A stretch of DNA of 64,000 nt from Elsinoe ampelina (taxonomy: Eukaryota): positions 411,433-475,432 of the forward strand of contig ML992505.1 in the NCBI GenBank assembly GCA_010093995.1, in the 5' to 3' direction. This document shows positions 27,501 to 40,700 of this stretch, piece after piece; the stretch's first letter is position 1; the number at the start of each line of letters is the position of its first letter. The notes under the pieces are model-generated. The model was given only the letters and a program-made list of their open reading frames with translations, was not told the origin of the DNA and ran no database searches. The position numbers were made by a program, and so were the translations under genes.

Positions 27501-28566
27501 AGTTAAACTAAGTGTTAAACTTATAAAGTACTTTAGTAGGAAGTTTCTTAACGAGATCTATACTAGGCGTAAGATAGAAGAAGATTAGGTTAGAACCTTC
27601 CGTTAGGGAGTTAACATAGTTAATAATAGCAGCACGTAGGTTATAATTGTCAGTAATAGGGAGGATCTTATATAGCTCTATATAGTCTATCTATACAAGT
27701 ATAATGTTATTACTAATTAATTTCTTCTCCTTTAGAAATAGCTTAATTTTGTTAAGGCTATATACATTTAGATTGTAAGTGTCCTTATCTCGTCGATAGT
27801 ACTATAGACTTAACGCCTATAAACGACACAAATATTCTCTTTTTATAATTATGCCCGAACTAACGTCTAAATACTTAACACTTATAAACTTAATAATAGT
27901 TTTATCAATAATACTCTAGACTAGACAGGACATGTCTTCTAGCATTTACTACTAATACATAGGCTAACTAGTGCAGCTATTAAGACCTATGCCTGCAAGT
28001 CCGCTGCCGAGTATAGAAGTCTCTAATCTTTTAGAGAGTCCGCTATTAGACTAGGTAGCGGAGTAGCACTTTCTAATCTACTTCTTAGGATATGCTCTCT
28101 TGTCTGCTTTAGTCTAGTTCTTCTCGTTCCTAAGCTCTTACGCCTTAATGCTAAGGATAAAATCCTTAATGATATTATAGCTAGATATATCGTTTATAAC
28201 GCTAACGTTCTTCTTAAACTAGTCTTAATCTTAATAGTTTAGTCTCTCGAAGAAGATCTCCGTATAGCCTTACTAAGAGTCCTATAGGTTATTCTTAATG
28301 TTAATTATAATTGTAGCTATATTAGCGTTACTAGTCTAAGGTTTCTTATAATCTAATTCGAAAGACGTATAGGTATCCTTATATAGTTCCTATGCCCTTA
28401 CGCGTGCGGCGGTGTATATATCGTTATCCTAGTTAAAGAATTTAAGGAAGAATACCTTAAGCTTAATATTCTAATCGAGCTATACTTAAATATCTATAGG
28501 AGATCTCTTATAGAGCGGAATTTCGCTTGTGGCCTAGCTAGCGCTATTAGGCTAATTCTTAGACAT
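24560..28566 (-). pseudogene. SNF2/SF2 helicase-like ATPase relic, copy A
   Basis: ATG at 28566. De-RIP Walker A HEMGFGKT (about 26807-26832). C-terminal helicase motifs RVIVYTF.P, RILIAQG.AIETGLNL..FDTIILLD and QCLARVHR (about 24800-25200). Several intron-like GT..CTAAC..AG segments. Confidence 0.75.
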
Positions 28567-29389
28567 ATTACGTGCGTTTGTAAGCTTAGTATATACTATA
28601 AATAAGGCTTTAAATAATGTCTAGTAAATAGATTAAGTAGGTGCGATAGATGTTAAGTAAGAGATCTTACGAAGGTATAGCATATTTATAAGTTTAAAAG
28701 AATTAAGAAGAGGATTTATTAACATAGCAGGTCTATACACTTTGTAATATATGTCTAACTAAGACTTAACTAAAAGAAGAGATATCCTATTTAAGAGCAC
28801 TTAAAATAGAAGTTAAAGAGGTTAAAGAAGTGCTAAAGAACTGTATAAGTTACTTGTTTATAGCTAAGAGAGAGTAAACAAAGATAAATAATAGTAATAA
28901 GTAAGAAGAGTAGTGACCTAAATTTAGTCGATTTAGGTCGGGCCCCGAACTAAGCACGTAGGTAGTATACTAGATATAGCACACACGTAACAGTAGATAA
29001 CTTAGTTTAGACACTAAACTAATAGTAACTATAGTCCGTGTACTTAGTTACCTTTCGTTTTACATAATGTGTAAACTAAGAATACTACTATTATTATTAG
29101 GCACTTAACGTAAATAGATTAAACTATATTTTGGCAGCGGAACTAAATTTATATACGAGGCATAAATAGAATATAATTAGACAGCATATAGCGGAATAAG
29201 AGACATAGCATAGCTTATAGACGCTAGTAAAGGAACAAAGAAAGTTATATACTACTATCTAATTGTCTAAACTTTATAATTGCTATATACGGAGCTAAGA
29301 GGTAAAGTAGAGTAATAGCTATATATTCCGCGTAATAAGCAATTAATAGTATATTCTACAAAATTATATATGCGCTTTATTCCTCGCCT

Positions 29390-30339
29390 AGCCCTACTAT
29401 AGAGGCAACAGCGAAGGAGGACGCTATAGGTATAGCTCCGCCTAAGACGCCTTCTACTATAAGCTTATAGCTCGAAGGAGATAGTAGGCGTACCCTTACC
29501 TACGATATGCTTCTATATTTCTCCCTTTATTACACTAGTTATAACTCTACTATCCTGTCCTAAACATTCTTGTCTTATAAGGCAGGTACTCTCTAGTAGA
29601 CACCTTCTTCTCTATTCTCTTTATATACGCTAGAACCCCTAATAGTATAGTTAGTAGCGTAGGAGAGCACTCTACGATAGATTCGTTTAGTTGTAGCTAC
29701 TAGGCGGAGACAGTATTAGATTCTACCGATACTACGCAGCTGGTGTAGAGGATACTATAGAGGAAGATAGAGACGGCGAAAGAGAGAGAGCTATTAAAAT
29801 CTCCTACGTACGTAGAAGCCTATATCGGCATAGTCGGCAAGATAGGGAGGTATATTAACATAGCTTTGCTTAGGTATAACTACCAGGTGGAGACGTTATT
29901 TAATCCTACTAATACTACGCTACTAGTGTAGAGAATATAGTAGGGGGCAGTAGTAATGTCGAGAGGGAAGGAGGTGTCGAGGTCTCTCTACGCACGCTTA
30001 GGTCTATAGCGGCGTAGTTGGCATAATAGAGAGGTACACTAGAATAGATTTACTTAGGTGTAACTATAAGGTAGAGACGTTGTTTAATCCTACTAACACT
30101 ACACTACTAGTATAGAGAATGCTAATAGAGGCAGTAGCGGCGGCGAGAGAGAAGTTAATATTTAAGTCGTTATTATAGATATAACAACGGATAATTATAG
30201 TGCACTAGGCGGGGGCGTCGCTATAATAGCTAGCCGGCTATTGTTAAGCTCGGATAGAGGGGAGAGCAGAGGTCACGCTAGTAACACTAACGCCTACGTT
30301 TAGGTTAGTATAGGCGGAGGAGGCGAACTAAGGCGTCAT
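29390..30339 (-). pseudogene. Unknown gene built from a tandemly repeated exon+intron unit, copy A
   Basis: ATG at 30339. Three related ~180-bp units are separated by intron-like GTAAAT/GCAAAG...ATAG segments. Nucleotide-level paralog at about 36630-37584. Confidence 0.6.
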
Positions 30340-31005
30340 TGTAAGTCGTATCTATAATGAAACTATGTCGCTACGTACATGGTGTACGACGTATTTATAA
30401 TGCTATAGAGATTGCTAGTCTCTAAACGAGAAGACACTTTAGAGAGGACTAAAACTAGACAGTATTACGTAAGCGTACTTCGGTTTGCTTAGTCGCCCAT
30501 AGCTGAAATTTAGGTCATTCTTAAACTTCGAAAGAGCGGACTAACAACTTATTAGTTCGACGTAATAAACTACTAGCCCTCCCTACCGGCCGACACTTAC
30601 CGCTGCTAAATATAACAAGCTAGAGAGAGTAAAGCAATAATTAGCCCTACTAAATTCTAGCCGACCGAGATTCCTACTAGTAAGCTATGTTTTATAGTTG
30701 TTTAGACTACTATATACTTCGCATGTGCAATTTAAATACATCTTTAGCACCCTTAGGTAGTAGTATCGTAGTTAAAGCGCTATATATAGGGCTAGTAGTT
30801 CGCTGCAAGTGTATCCTACTAGAAGTTCCTATACTATAACGACCCTCTCGAGTGTAATTTATGCGTTTAGTAGCTTACTATTTATTAGACATCGGAGCGT
30901 CGAACTAAGATTAAAGTACCTAGCTAAAAGCTATATCTTGTCGATTACTTAGGCTAGAGAATGTGTCTTGTGCGTAGGAGACCTAGACAATATTAGTCTA
31001 CGCGA

Positions 31006-31470
31006 ACTAAGCATAAACTATCTATTACTAACTCTTCGCTGCCGGCCGGTATACTAGTAGCTATCTTAAACGTGGTATAATCGGATATAGCTCTACTAGA
31101 CGAGGACAATCTCCTAGCACTCTGCCCTATAGATATACTACTAGTTGTGCTCGCTGTAATTACTTACTCTTCCTTATGTATACCTTCTCTTATAACCTCT
31201 TCTGTGCTCTCCTCTTCCTTATGCGCGACGTAGTTAAGCCTACTGCCACTATTACTATCTACTCTACGTGCTAGAGGATAATAGTCAAGGTCGGCAAAGA
31301 GACTAAGGGGATTATCTAGTGTGTTATACTATGTAGTAGGCAAAGGAGAGAGGACACTCTACGCTAACTATAGACTATCGTCTCTACCTCGTTACTTAGT
31401 TTAATTCTTAGTCCTTATAGTTCGCAGTGGAGCCGAACAAACTAAGTTGTTAGATAGCGTCGACGGATTA
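31006..31470. repeat. ~470-bp direct repeat, copy 2
   Basis: Aligns with 23658-24125, but the flanks differ from the transposase. Confidence 0.92.
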
Positions 31471-31999
31471 TAGCTAAAATTATATCCTCGCTATAGTACT
31501 AGACCTATTATAACAGGGTTTGCTCTAGTACATCTATACGACAGGGATTATTAACTAGCTCTCCGCTAATAATAATATTAGCTAATATGTTTAATTAGCT
31601 ATTGTCGCGCTATTATACTTAGCTAAGACTATTATAGCAATTATAGAGCAGGGGTGCTACGTAGGCCCTATTATTCTAGCTAGTAAATAATTTATAGTTC
31701 TTGCTGTATTATATCTCGACTTGTCGCCGGTAGTATATTAAGTTAGTTATAAATAGCCTCTACTAACAGAGAGTAAAGGGGGTAGATAAACCTGTTTCGG
31801 CCGCGTAACGTTAGGTGGTTTATACCTTTTAGGGGTAGGCAATTAGTTCGCTAAACTAAAACTTTAAATTTTAGGTGAAAAGTAGTACTAAGTTTCCCGT
31901 AACTATATTTAACAAGGGTAAACTAATAAAATAACCTTCGGTGATTCACTTTTTAGTTTAAACAACTATACTTAGTTTAATTGTCTACTTCGCTATATT

Positions 32000-34900
32000 A
32001 TTATATATAATATTCTATATTATCGTTAGTATACTATAGGTACTATTAAGCTACTTCTTTAACTGCGAGGATAGAGTAGTCGGTTTAAGCGTAAATATAT
32101 CTTTTATATCTACGTAGGTAGATATTATATTCTCTACTAACTATCGAAGGCCTAATAAACAGATCTATAAACCGAATTCCTATCGAGCAAGATTATAGTA
32201 TTAAGGCAGGAGCACTATTATTCTATTTATATTACTAGACTAAGCGTAATCTAAAGTTGCGAACTGACTAGTATAACCTCCTCGAAGTAAAATTAGTTAG
32301 ATATAGCTACTTCGATAATGTCTAGGCGTTTCTCTATTAGCGTCTTTCTATAGTAGACTATAACGACTTTAGTGCCCTTATTAATCCCGATTGCTTAGCT
32401 TCTTAGAAGTCTCTCGAGGCATCCCTAATACTCTACTCTAGTTAGTAATAACCGAACTAGACTACATAGGTCGAACTAACTATCGTAGCTACTACTAGTA
32501 CTATAGTCGTACATATATAGACGATAATTCGCTACTTTATAGTCTTTAACTCGCAGATGTTCTATTCTATAATCTCAGGAATAATAACATAAAGGACCTA
32601 TATTCCTAAGCTAGTATAGTGCTAGTATATATGCTTGTTTATCGCTTCTACCCTAGGTACATTTCGAAGAGAGCCTATAGAGCAATTGTCGAAGTTCCTA
32701 AGCCCTTCTATAATGTTAGCGAATTATATAGTTCCTTCTATACTAGCGGGGCGAATAGGTAAAGGAAGTAAGCTTATAACGACATTTAGCGTTTATACTA
32801 CTAAATTCTTTTTACTCTCTAAATAGATTACATCCTCGGACTACTCTTTCTTATACTATGTCTCTGTAACTGTAGTTTATATACTTACTCTTATACGCGG
32901 AGCGATTTGTGTCTATAGTGCTACTAAAGAAATAAGATGTTTATCCTCGATTAAAACTTTAAAGTTAGAGTTAGAAATATCTTATACCTAATAAGCCTTA
33001 GAAGTAGGCGTAGCTACTAGATGTTTCGTAATTAGGTTAAATTATATCGCGAGAGGAATATTTAAAAGTCTAGCTACCTATATAGGGACTAAAGCGAAGA
33101 TTTCGAACTAGAAGCAGAAAGCGGCTATCCCGTTTACGAAAAGGGGGCCCTAATAGGCTCTAGCTATCCTTGTATTACTATTGCATATATAGAGAGCTGC
33201 CTCTTATTATATTATATAGCAATCTCGAGTTAAATCGTATCTAGTTTATCCTCTCTTATTTCCTCCGATAGGTACGTCTTTGCTGTCTATAGCTAAAGAA
33301 TAGCTTCTACTATGTCGAAGCTGCCGTCGTTAACTAGTAGGCGTTTATATCTATTCCCTCGGGCTAATTAACCTTATACCAAATATTAAGCTTAATACTA
33401 TTTCTATACATGCGGTTAGTAGAGCTATACTAATGCCGAGTAGCAATTGTCTAACAGGGAGAGGCATAAGACAGTAGGGCATTAGGGTGTTTCTCCGGAG
33501 GACTTATTTAGCCTAATATAGAATAAATCTGTCCCTAGCTTAAGGCTAATCGAACTAAGTTAAGTTCGTAGTTAGTAGGGGAGGCGCGGCCTAACCTAAA
33601 GCAACTCTGCTATTTGTTAGGAGGTAGTAGCTAGCACTAATAATAGTCGATAAGGACTCTATACTATAATTAATTTCTAAGCATACTATGTATAAATCTC
33701 GCTAGCACTCGAGGGTGTAAAATATTAATAACATTAGTAGTAACGCCTCGGCGCTCCTTAACGGCACTATACTATTGTTATTTAATTTAGTTAACGCTAA
33801 GTTTAGCATAGACTAAGTCTTGTATAATTGCTCCTAGTATTGCTAGGGGAAGAGATTCTATCCTACTAACTTGTTCTACTTATTATTAAATGCCCTTATC
33901 TATTAAAAGCACTATAACATTACTTAGTCTCCCTTGTTAATAATATAAAGGAGATAATCTCCTCCTCGATATCGATGTTGTAGTAGTTAGTGCCCTATAG
34001 TATAATATTCTTAGATTTGCTCTCTCTACTTGCTTGTGTTATAGCGTGCCTAATAGAATATAGGAAGTTACTAGTTCGGAAGTGGAAGCTAGGAGAGACA
34101 TTAGAGAGCTCCGAGAGATTATGTTCGTCCGGATCGATAGCTAACTACAGGTGTATAATAGCTTCTAAGGTATTCTTAAAGTTGTAAAAGTAGTATAAGT
34201 ATAGGCAATACCTCGGCAGCCGACGCTACGTTCTAAACTAGCTATGTTCTTATAGCGAGAAAGTAGGGACTATATTCTCTTAAGCTGTGTAAACTAAGAC
34301 TCTATCCTAGACTAAGTTACTAGGTCGATTAAGATTTGTTAAACTATAGTCGGAGGACTATTAAGCAAATTTACCTCCGATAACAACGATAGGAATATTA
34401 TAGGCTTTATAGGGGCTATAGTCCCTTAGGGGCAGAATAAACTAAGAGAACTTTATTAGTTAAGAACTAAACTGTTTCGTGAATAATACAATAGCAAATG
34501 AAATATAATAACATTACTACTCTTGCCTTTAGCGTTTTTGTCGCTATTGTATATATTATGCATCTAGCATCTTAATGTCCTCTCTATGTTTCTCTCTATA
34601 CTAATCTCCTTTATACTCTTTTTCTATACTAATATCTACGAAGTAAAGCTTCTTAGAAGTAGTAAGCACTTCCGAGTCCTCTTCTATACTAGTCTCGACA
34701 ATAGGAGGTGCTTACTAACTACTACAATATTAATAAGAGTTGTCTATAAGTGTTAGTATATATAGACAAATAGTAAAGAGGTTAACTTACTTCGTATAAA
34801 GTTAGGAAGGTCTTTAATAGATGCTATAGAAGAGGTAAGATAGAGAAAGATCTCGTAGGTACCGGGGACAAGGGCTATAATATGCTTAGTAATAGCGGCG

Positions 34901-35850
34901 TCTAGATCGAAAGAGTCTTTAATAGCGAAGACCTATACGGAGTTATATAGATTAATCTAGTAGAGGCGGAGAAAATTACCTTTAAGATTAAGGATCTGCC
35001 TAAGTATGCTTATAAAGTACATAATGCAATAATTATTTTCCTTGCCGGGACTAGGTAACCTTAAGTTATAGATGCGAATATTCTTTCTCGATGTTAGGTA
35101 CGAGACAGATTCCGTTTTAATAACCTCTATAATCTAGATTATAGTAAATTTGATATTAATTTAGATACGATTAGACGCTAATGCCTAGTTAAAGCTTAAG
35201 ACTCTATAATAAGGCTATGTATACAAGTCTAATCTCCTGTCGCCTGTCTTTACACGAGCGGTATATCTCTCTAAGGATAGTGTTCTTACTTTAGAGAGTA
35301 TTAGCGTTTATATAGACGAGGTAGCTAAAGGATATAGACTCTAGGTGCCTCCTCTACCTAGTGAGGTTGTCCTCTCTCTTTTAAGCGACAGTAGAATACC
35401 TAACCTTATTAATTGCATAACATTTCGAAGCAATTGCTATATAGCCTTTATCTCGTCGATACTACTTATAGTCTATAAGTTCTCCGTGAACTAGTCTAGA
35501 TCTTTCCGATCTAGTCGGTTAACAAAGAGCTTTACATCCTATGCTATACTACCTAGTAGGTTAGTCTTAACTTTAAGGCGTATATTAAGTATATTCTTAT
35601 CGCGTAAATCTCTCCTATCTTGTTTCTCGATTTTGATACTATAATTAGTAAAGACTTTTAAGATTATTTCCTTTATCCTTACAAACGTAGTCTAGTACTT
35701 CTAGTTGTCCTATTTAAAGAAGAATTAGAGGGATTTCTTACTAATATTATTCTCTATAAGCGTATTTTTAACAATAGCTAGAGTAAGTTTGTTAAGTAGA
35801 ATCTTTTCTATAAGTCTAGGCGTATTAGTTAACTTCTTTGTTTTTAGCAT
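32000..35850 (-). pseudogene. SNF2/SF2 helicase-like relic, copy B (diverged paralog of copy A)
   Basis: ATG at 35850. Protein-level matches to copy A include WIDL...FAIKDSFDLDAAITKHI vs WIDC...LPITDDYDLRAAIINHV and RLDTIILLD vs RFDTIILLD. Introns sit at equivalent positions (about 34745-34790 vs 27478-27523; about 32425-32480 vs 25102-25150). Confidence 0.65.
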
Positions 35851-36629
35851 AGTACTAATATATGTATTTAATGTTTGTAAGAATATCGACTAGTAGAGAC
35901 GCTATATAGAACAGGTAAACTTAGAGGGGTCGAGATTATATAGCTAGGAGCTAAGGATAGTAAGGTAAGCACTATAGAGCAATCGGCAGTAATAATATAT
36001 ACCTATTATTCGATATAGATTTAAAATACTAAGTGGAAAGTAAATAACAAGTTCTTTAATTAGGTAAAGGTTATATCTAATATAATATACCGAAGTAGGT
36101 AGTTAAATTTGTAACTGAAAACTAGTTTAGGCCTCGACCTAAAGTAAACTAAGTTAATAGAGTCTATGTTTTATATATACTAATTATAGTATGTAATAGT
36201 AGGTAGTATTAGTTTAATACTAGAACTAAAAGGAACTAAGTTAGTTTATAACTAACAAATCTTACGCGGCATAAATTAGGTAAGTAAACAAAATATGTCT
36301 AACTAAAGGTATATAGTTAGCTATACTAAAGGCTTATATATCTCTCCCGCGTATGTCGGCGCTTTACGTAGAGTTATATATATCTAGAACATTTAGTAGA
36401 TGTATTAACAAAGAGTAGCATTATATAAAGCGACAATCTAAATGTCTTTATAGCGGACAATAGACAAAACAAACACTAAGGAACAAAGAGACGTATACTA
36501 TACTTAGATATAGTAGATAAGGAGATTTTGTTACTAGTTAGAGAAGGTAAATTAAAGTAATAAGCGTATAGTCCGCGTAGAAAGAAATACATTACTAACG
36601 CTAGGGAGTTACAATAATGCGCCATTAAT

Positions 36630-37584
36630 AACCTAGGCCTGCTATAAAGGCAACAGCGAAGAAGGACATAGCTAGTATAGCTCCGCCTACGATGCCTTCT
36701 ACTATAAGCTTATATCTAGTAGGAGGTAGTAGACGTAGTCTTACCTATAACGCGCCTCTATCCCTCCCCCTTTGTTACACTAGTTATAACTCTACTAACC
36801 TCTCCTAAACATTCTCGTCTTATAAGGCAGGTAATTCCTAGTAGACGCCTCCTTCTCTATCCTCTTTACATACGCTAGAACCCCTAATAGCGTAGTTAGT
36901 AGCGTAGGCGGACGCTCTATAATAGATTCGGTTAGTCGTAGCTACTAGGCAGAGATAGTATTAGATTTTACCGATACTACGCAGCTAGTGTAGAGAATAC
37001 TATAGAGAAAGGTAGAGACGGCAAAAGGGAGAGAGCTATCGAAATCTTCTACGTACGTAGAAGCCTATATCGGCGTAGTTAGCAAGATAGGGAGGTATAT
37101 TAATATAGCTTTACTTAGGTATAACTACTAGGTGGAGACGGTGTTTAATTCTACTAACACTACGCTATTAGTGTAGAGGATACTATAGGGGGCAGTAGTA
37201 ACGTCGAGAGAGAAGAAAGTATCGAGGTCTCCCTATGTATACTTAGGCACGCGGCGGCGTAGTTAGTATAATAGAGAGGTACACTACAATAGATTTACTT
37301 AGGTGTAACTACTAGGAGGAGACAGTGTTTAATTCTACTAACACTACGCTACCGGTATAGAGGATGCTAATAGAGGTAGTAGCAGCGGCGAGAGGGAAGT
37401 CGATATTAACGTCGCTATTGTAGATACGACAATAGATAATTATAGTACACTAGGCGGGGGCGTCGCTTTAATAGATAGTTAGCTATTGTTAAGGTCGGAT
37501 AGAGGGGAGAGCATAGGTTACACTAGTAATACTAACGTCTACGATTAGGTCGGTATAGGTAGAGAGTACAAACTAAGGCGTTAT
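36630..37584 (-). pseudogene. Unknown repeated-exon gene, copy B
   Basis: Clear nucleotide similarity to 29390-30339, including the internal tandem units. Confidence 0.65.
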
Positions 37585-37799
37585 TACGCATTGTATATGT
37601 AGTATAGCTCTATCGCTGCGGATTAAGCATGCAATATAAATATAGAGAGATAGAGTTAGGTACGTTAAACTTTAAAATTTTACAAGTTTTAGTTTAGGCT
37701 AACTAATTATAACTAAGTAACACTTAGGTATATACCCCTTACAAACTAAGACTTACAACTTCTAAGGCTAATCTATCTTAAGCGACACTCCTACCTAAC

Positions 37800-40700
37800 T
37801 ACTAACTATACTGCCGCTTCCCTCTCTCCTCTCTACTCTCCTCGGCCGTACTTATATCTACTTCTTATTAACTAGTAATATACTTAATTAAAGCTATTAA
37901 GCAAGCTCTCGCCCTTGACAATAAAGGCTATAGAGACTTATATAGTCTCTTAGAGAATATTATAGTAAGTAAAGGCATAGTTAGAAGAATATTTAGGTCG
38001 ATTTCCGACAGGAGAAGACTAGAGAAGAAGGTACTTCTAGTAGCACTAGACAGTAATAACATCCGATACACGTTTCGGCATATAACGGAGCTATTAGAGA
38101 GCGGCGACAGTTAAGCTACCTTCCGTGCTCTTGCCTATAAGATAAGTACGAACTTTAGACATTAGTAGGTATAGTTACACTTAAGATTATATAAGCCTAG
38201 AGGGATATAGAACAATACTAACACGCCTACCTCGATTAAATCCTCGGATCGCTAATTGCAATTATAAGCGCCTTTGCTCTCTAATCGATTAGACGACATA
38301 CTATTAGTAGTTCGTAAGGATAGAGAGATATACCCTGTCTACTCGATTAGAGATCTTCTACTTACACGTCGTAAAGCTATAGTTGACATGTTTAAAGAGG
38401 ACGTAGATATCGAGTTTAATTAGCTAAGAGTAATATCAATTATAACGGACCACTATATATATAACAGGCAAAGCGATGTAATAGGGTAGAAGGACAATAG
38501 AACGCTACATTTCGCTACGATAGAGAATGCTATTTAGTTTAAGGCTATTATCTTGTCTAAGATATTACACAGTTCGCCCCTGTGTATCCTAATAAGGCGA
38601 CGAGATTAAGGGAAGCATCCGGCGGAGACAAGCATAAAGCATAACAGTCTAGTAGTAGACTAAGTCGAACTAAAACATAGCGGGTAAGCTCCGCTAAGCC
38701 GTACCTACTACTAAACCCCGAGGATTTAGTTTAACTAGCACGCTTTATTCTTCCTTACCTTCTAACTAGATCGACCTATAGAATTATTCGTATAAGCTAT
38801 CTTTCTATAATTAATTTGTTTAGTCTAGTAGCATCCTTATATAAGGCTCCTAAGTATAGATATTAACTACACTAACCTTGTTTCTTTAGCGGCTAACATC
38901 TAGACTATAGAATTAAGTACGTAGGCTTCTCTTATTTGTTTAGGTGTAGAAGCATAGTCTTCCGACAGTCTACCTAACTAGTCCGGGCCTTAGCTTAGAA
39001 GCTCTCTACTAGACATATAAGGAGAAGAGTATAATTACGTTAGTAGCTAGTAAAAGTAATATAGGACTCAGTAGCCTAAATAGCTTAATAGATAGCAACT
39101 CTTAGAGGAAGACATTGCACTTATATAGTAGAAGGTAGGCTAATTACGAATAATAACGGAGGAAAACGCTAGCGCGATTAGATAACTATAGCGAGAGAAC
39201 TTTGTACTTAGAGAGTATATTAGTAAAGCTTTTCGGGGGTTTAGCGTTGCCTCTACGGACCTTACTAGGGAGTTTAGGGGCTTATTTAGATTAGACAAGG
39301 GTACACGGCGCTACACTAATAGTGCTACTCTACTATTACTAAGTATAGTTACTAATAGCTAATTAACGCCCGCCCCTTGTAGTAACATAATTAGTAGACA
39401 ATAAGTATCTCTATCTAGCGTACTCTATTCGGATATACTAGACTACGAGGTAGAGAGCAATTAGTGCTTTTAACACTTAGAAGACATTCTACTTGGTAAA
39501 GAAGGGGCTACTAGCGTAATTAGTAAGGGAGCTATAGTATAAATTGTGCTACCTATCTATATATAGAAGGGCTAATGCCTATAGTCTCTCGAATTAGTTT
39601 ATAATTGCTCGGTATAAGTTTAATCTACAATTTCTCTCTATAATATTCTACCTCTAGTGTTGCTTAACGTAACTATAAATGCCTTATTTAGTTTAAGTAT
39701 TTAGTCTAAGTAAGTTCGAGCATTTTTCTTTTTTAGTTTAGGTTCTAATAATTAGCACGCCGCGAGTTAGAACTAGCTATAAGTTTAATTTAATACCCTT
39801 ACTAGTTACAATTTCTATAGAGTATAGGCAGGTATAACTAGATTTAATTAGAAGAAAGTCGTGCACTCTAAACACCGAACTAAGCTATTATCTAACTTAA
39901 ACTAACGCTAAGTTACTATAACTCGCATAAGACAACTATTCCTGTTATAGCATACATTATTAGGGCCCGTCGTGCTAAACTCTCTTATACCTATATACCT
40001 CTTAACTAAAACGATTAGGATAAGTAATGTCCTAGTTACGTCGGCGTTAGTATAGCTTAGGCTACAAGGCTAATAATTATTACAAAGATAACAATTTAAG
40101 TTAGGTAAACTAGGACAAAGAAGAGTATAGCTTTATTAGTAAGAAGAGCTAGGCTAACTACGTAGGCCGTAAATACAATATCGAAGACAAAGGAGAAGGC
40201 ATAGATCGGACATCGCTACGCTTAATCTAAGATTAAGGGAGCTATAAGCCGATAAGAATAGCCTAGTATTAGCCTCTATGCCGGTTTAGTTAGTAAAACA
40301 ACATTTATAGGACGTACTAAACAAGTATAGTAACATCTTCGCGGCGGTATAAGACAAATTATGTATAAGTATAGCTATTAGGCAGAATTATAATACAATG
40401 TTACTAACGTTAAGTAATCGATAGCTCCTTATACGAATTATAAGGCACTAGCGCTCGATCTATAAGTAGCTACTAGTGGCTTATCTATAGAGGACAATAG
40501 GCAAATACCCTTCTATAATTATAGCTAGTAAAGTATATTACTTGCTAAAGTTAATTACTTACTAATAACGTCTAGCTCCGAGAGGTGCTCTGCTATAGTC
40601 GTAATAATATTACATAATCGGTAAGCGAGATACTCTAGCGCGAATAGCTTACATAAGAGCTAGAGGATAGCGAGCTACCGAATTAGGCACGTAAGCTACT

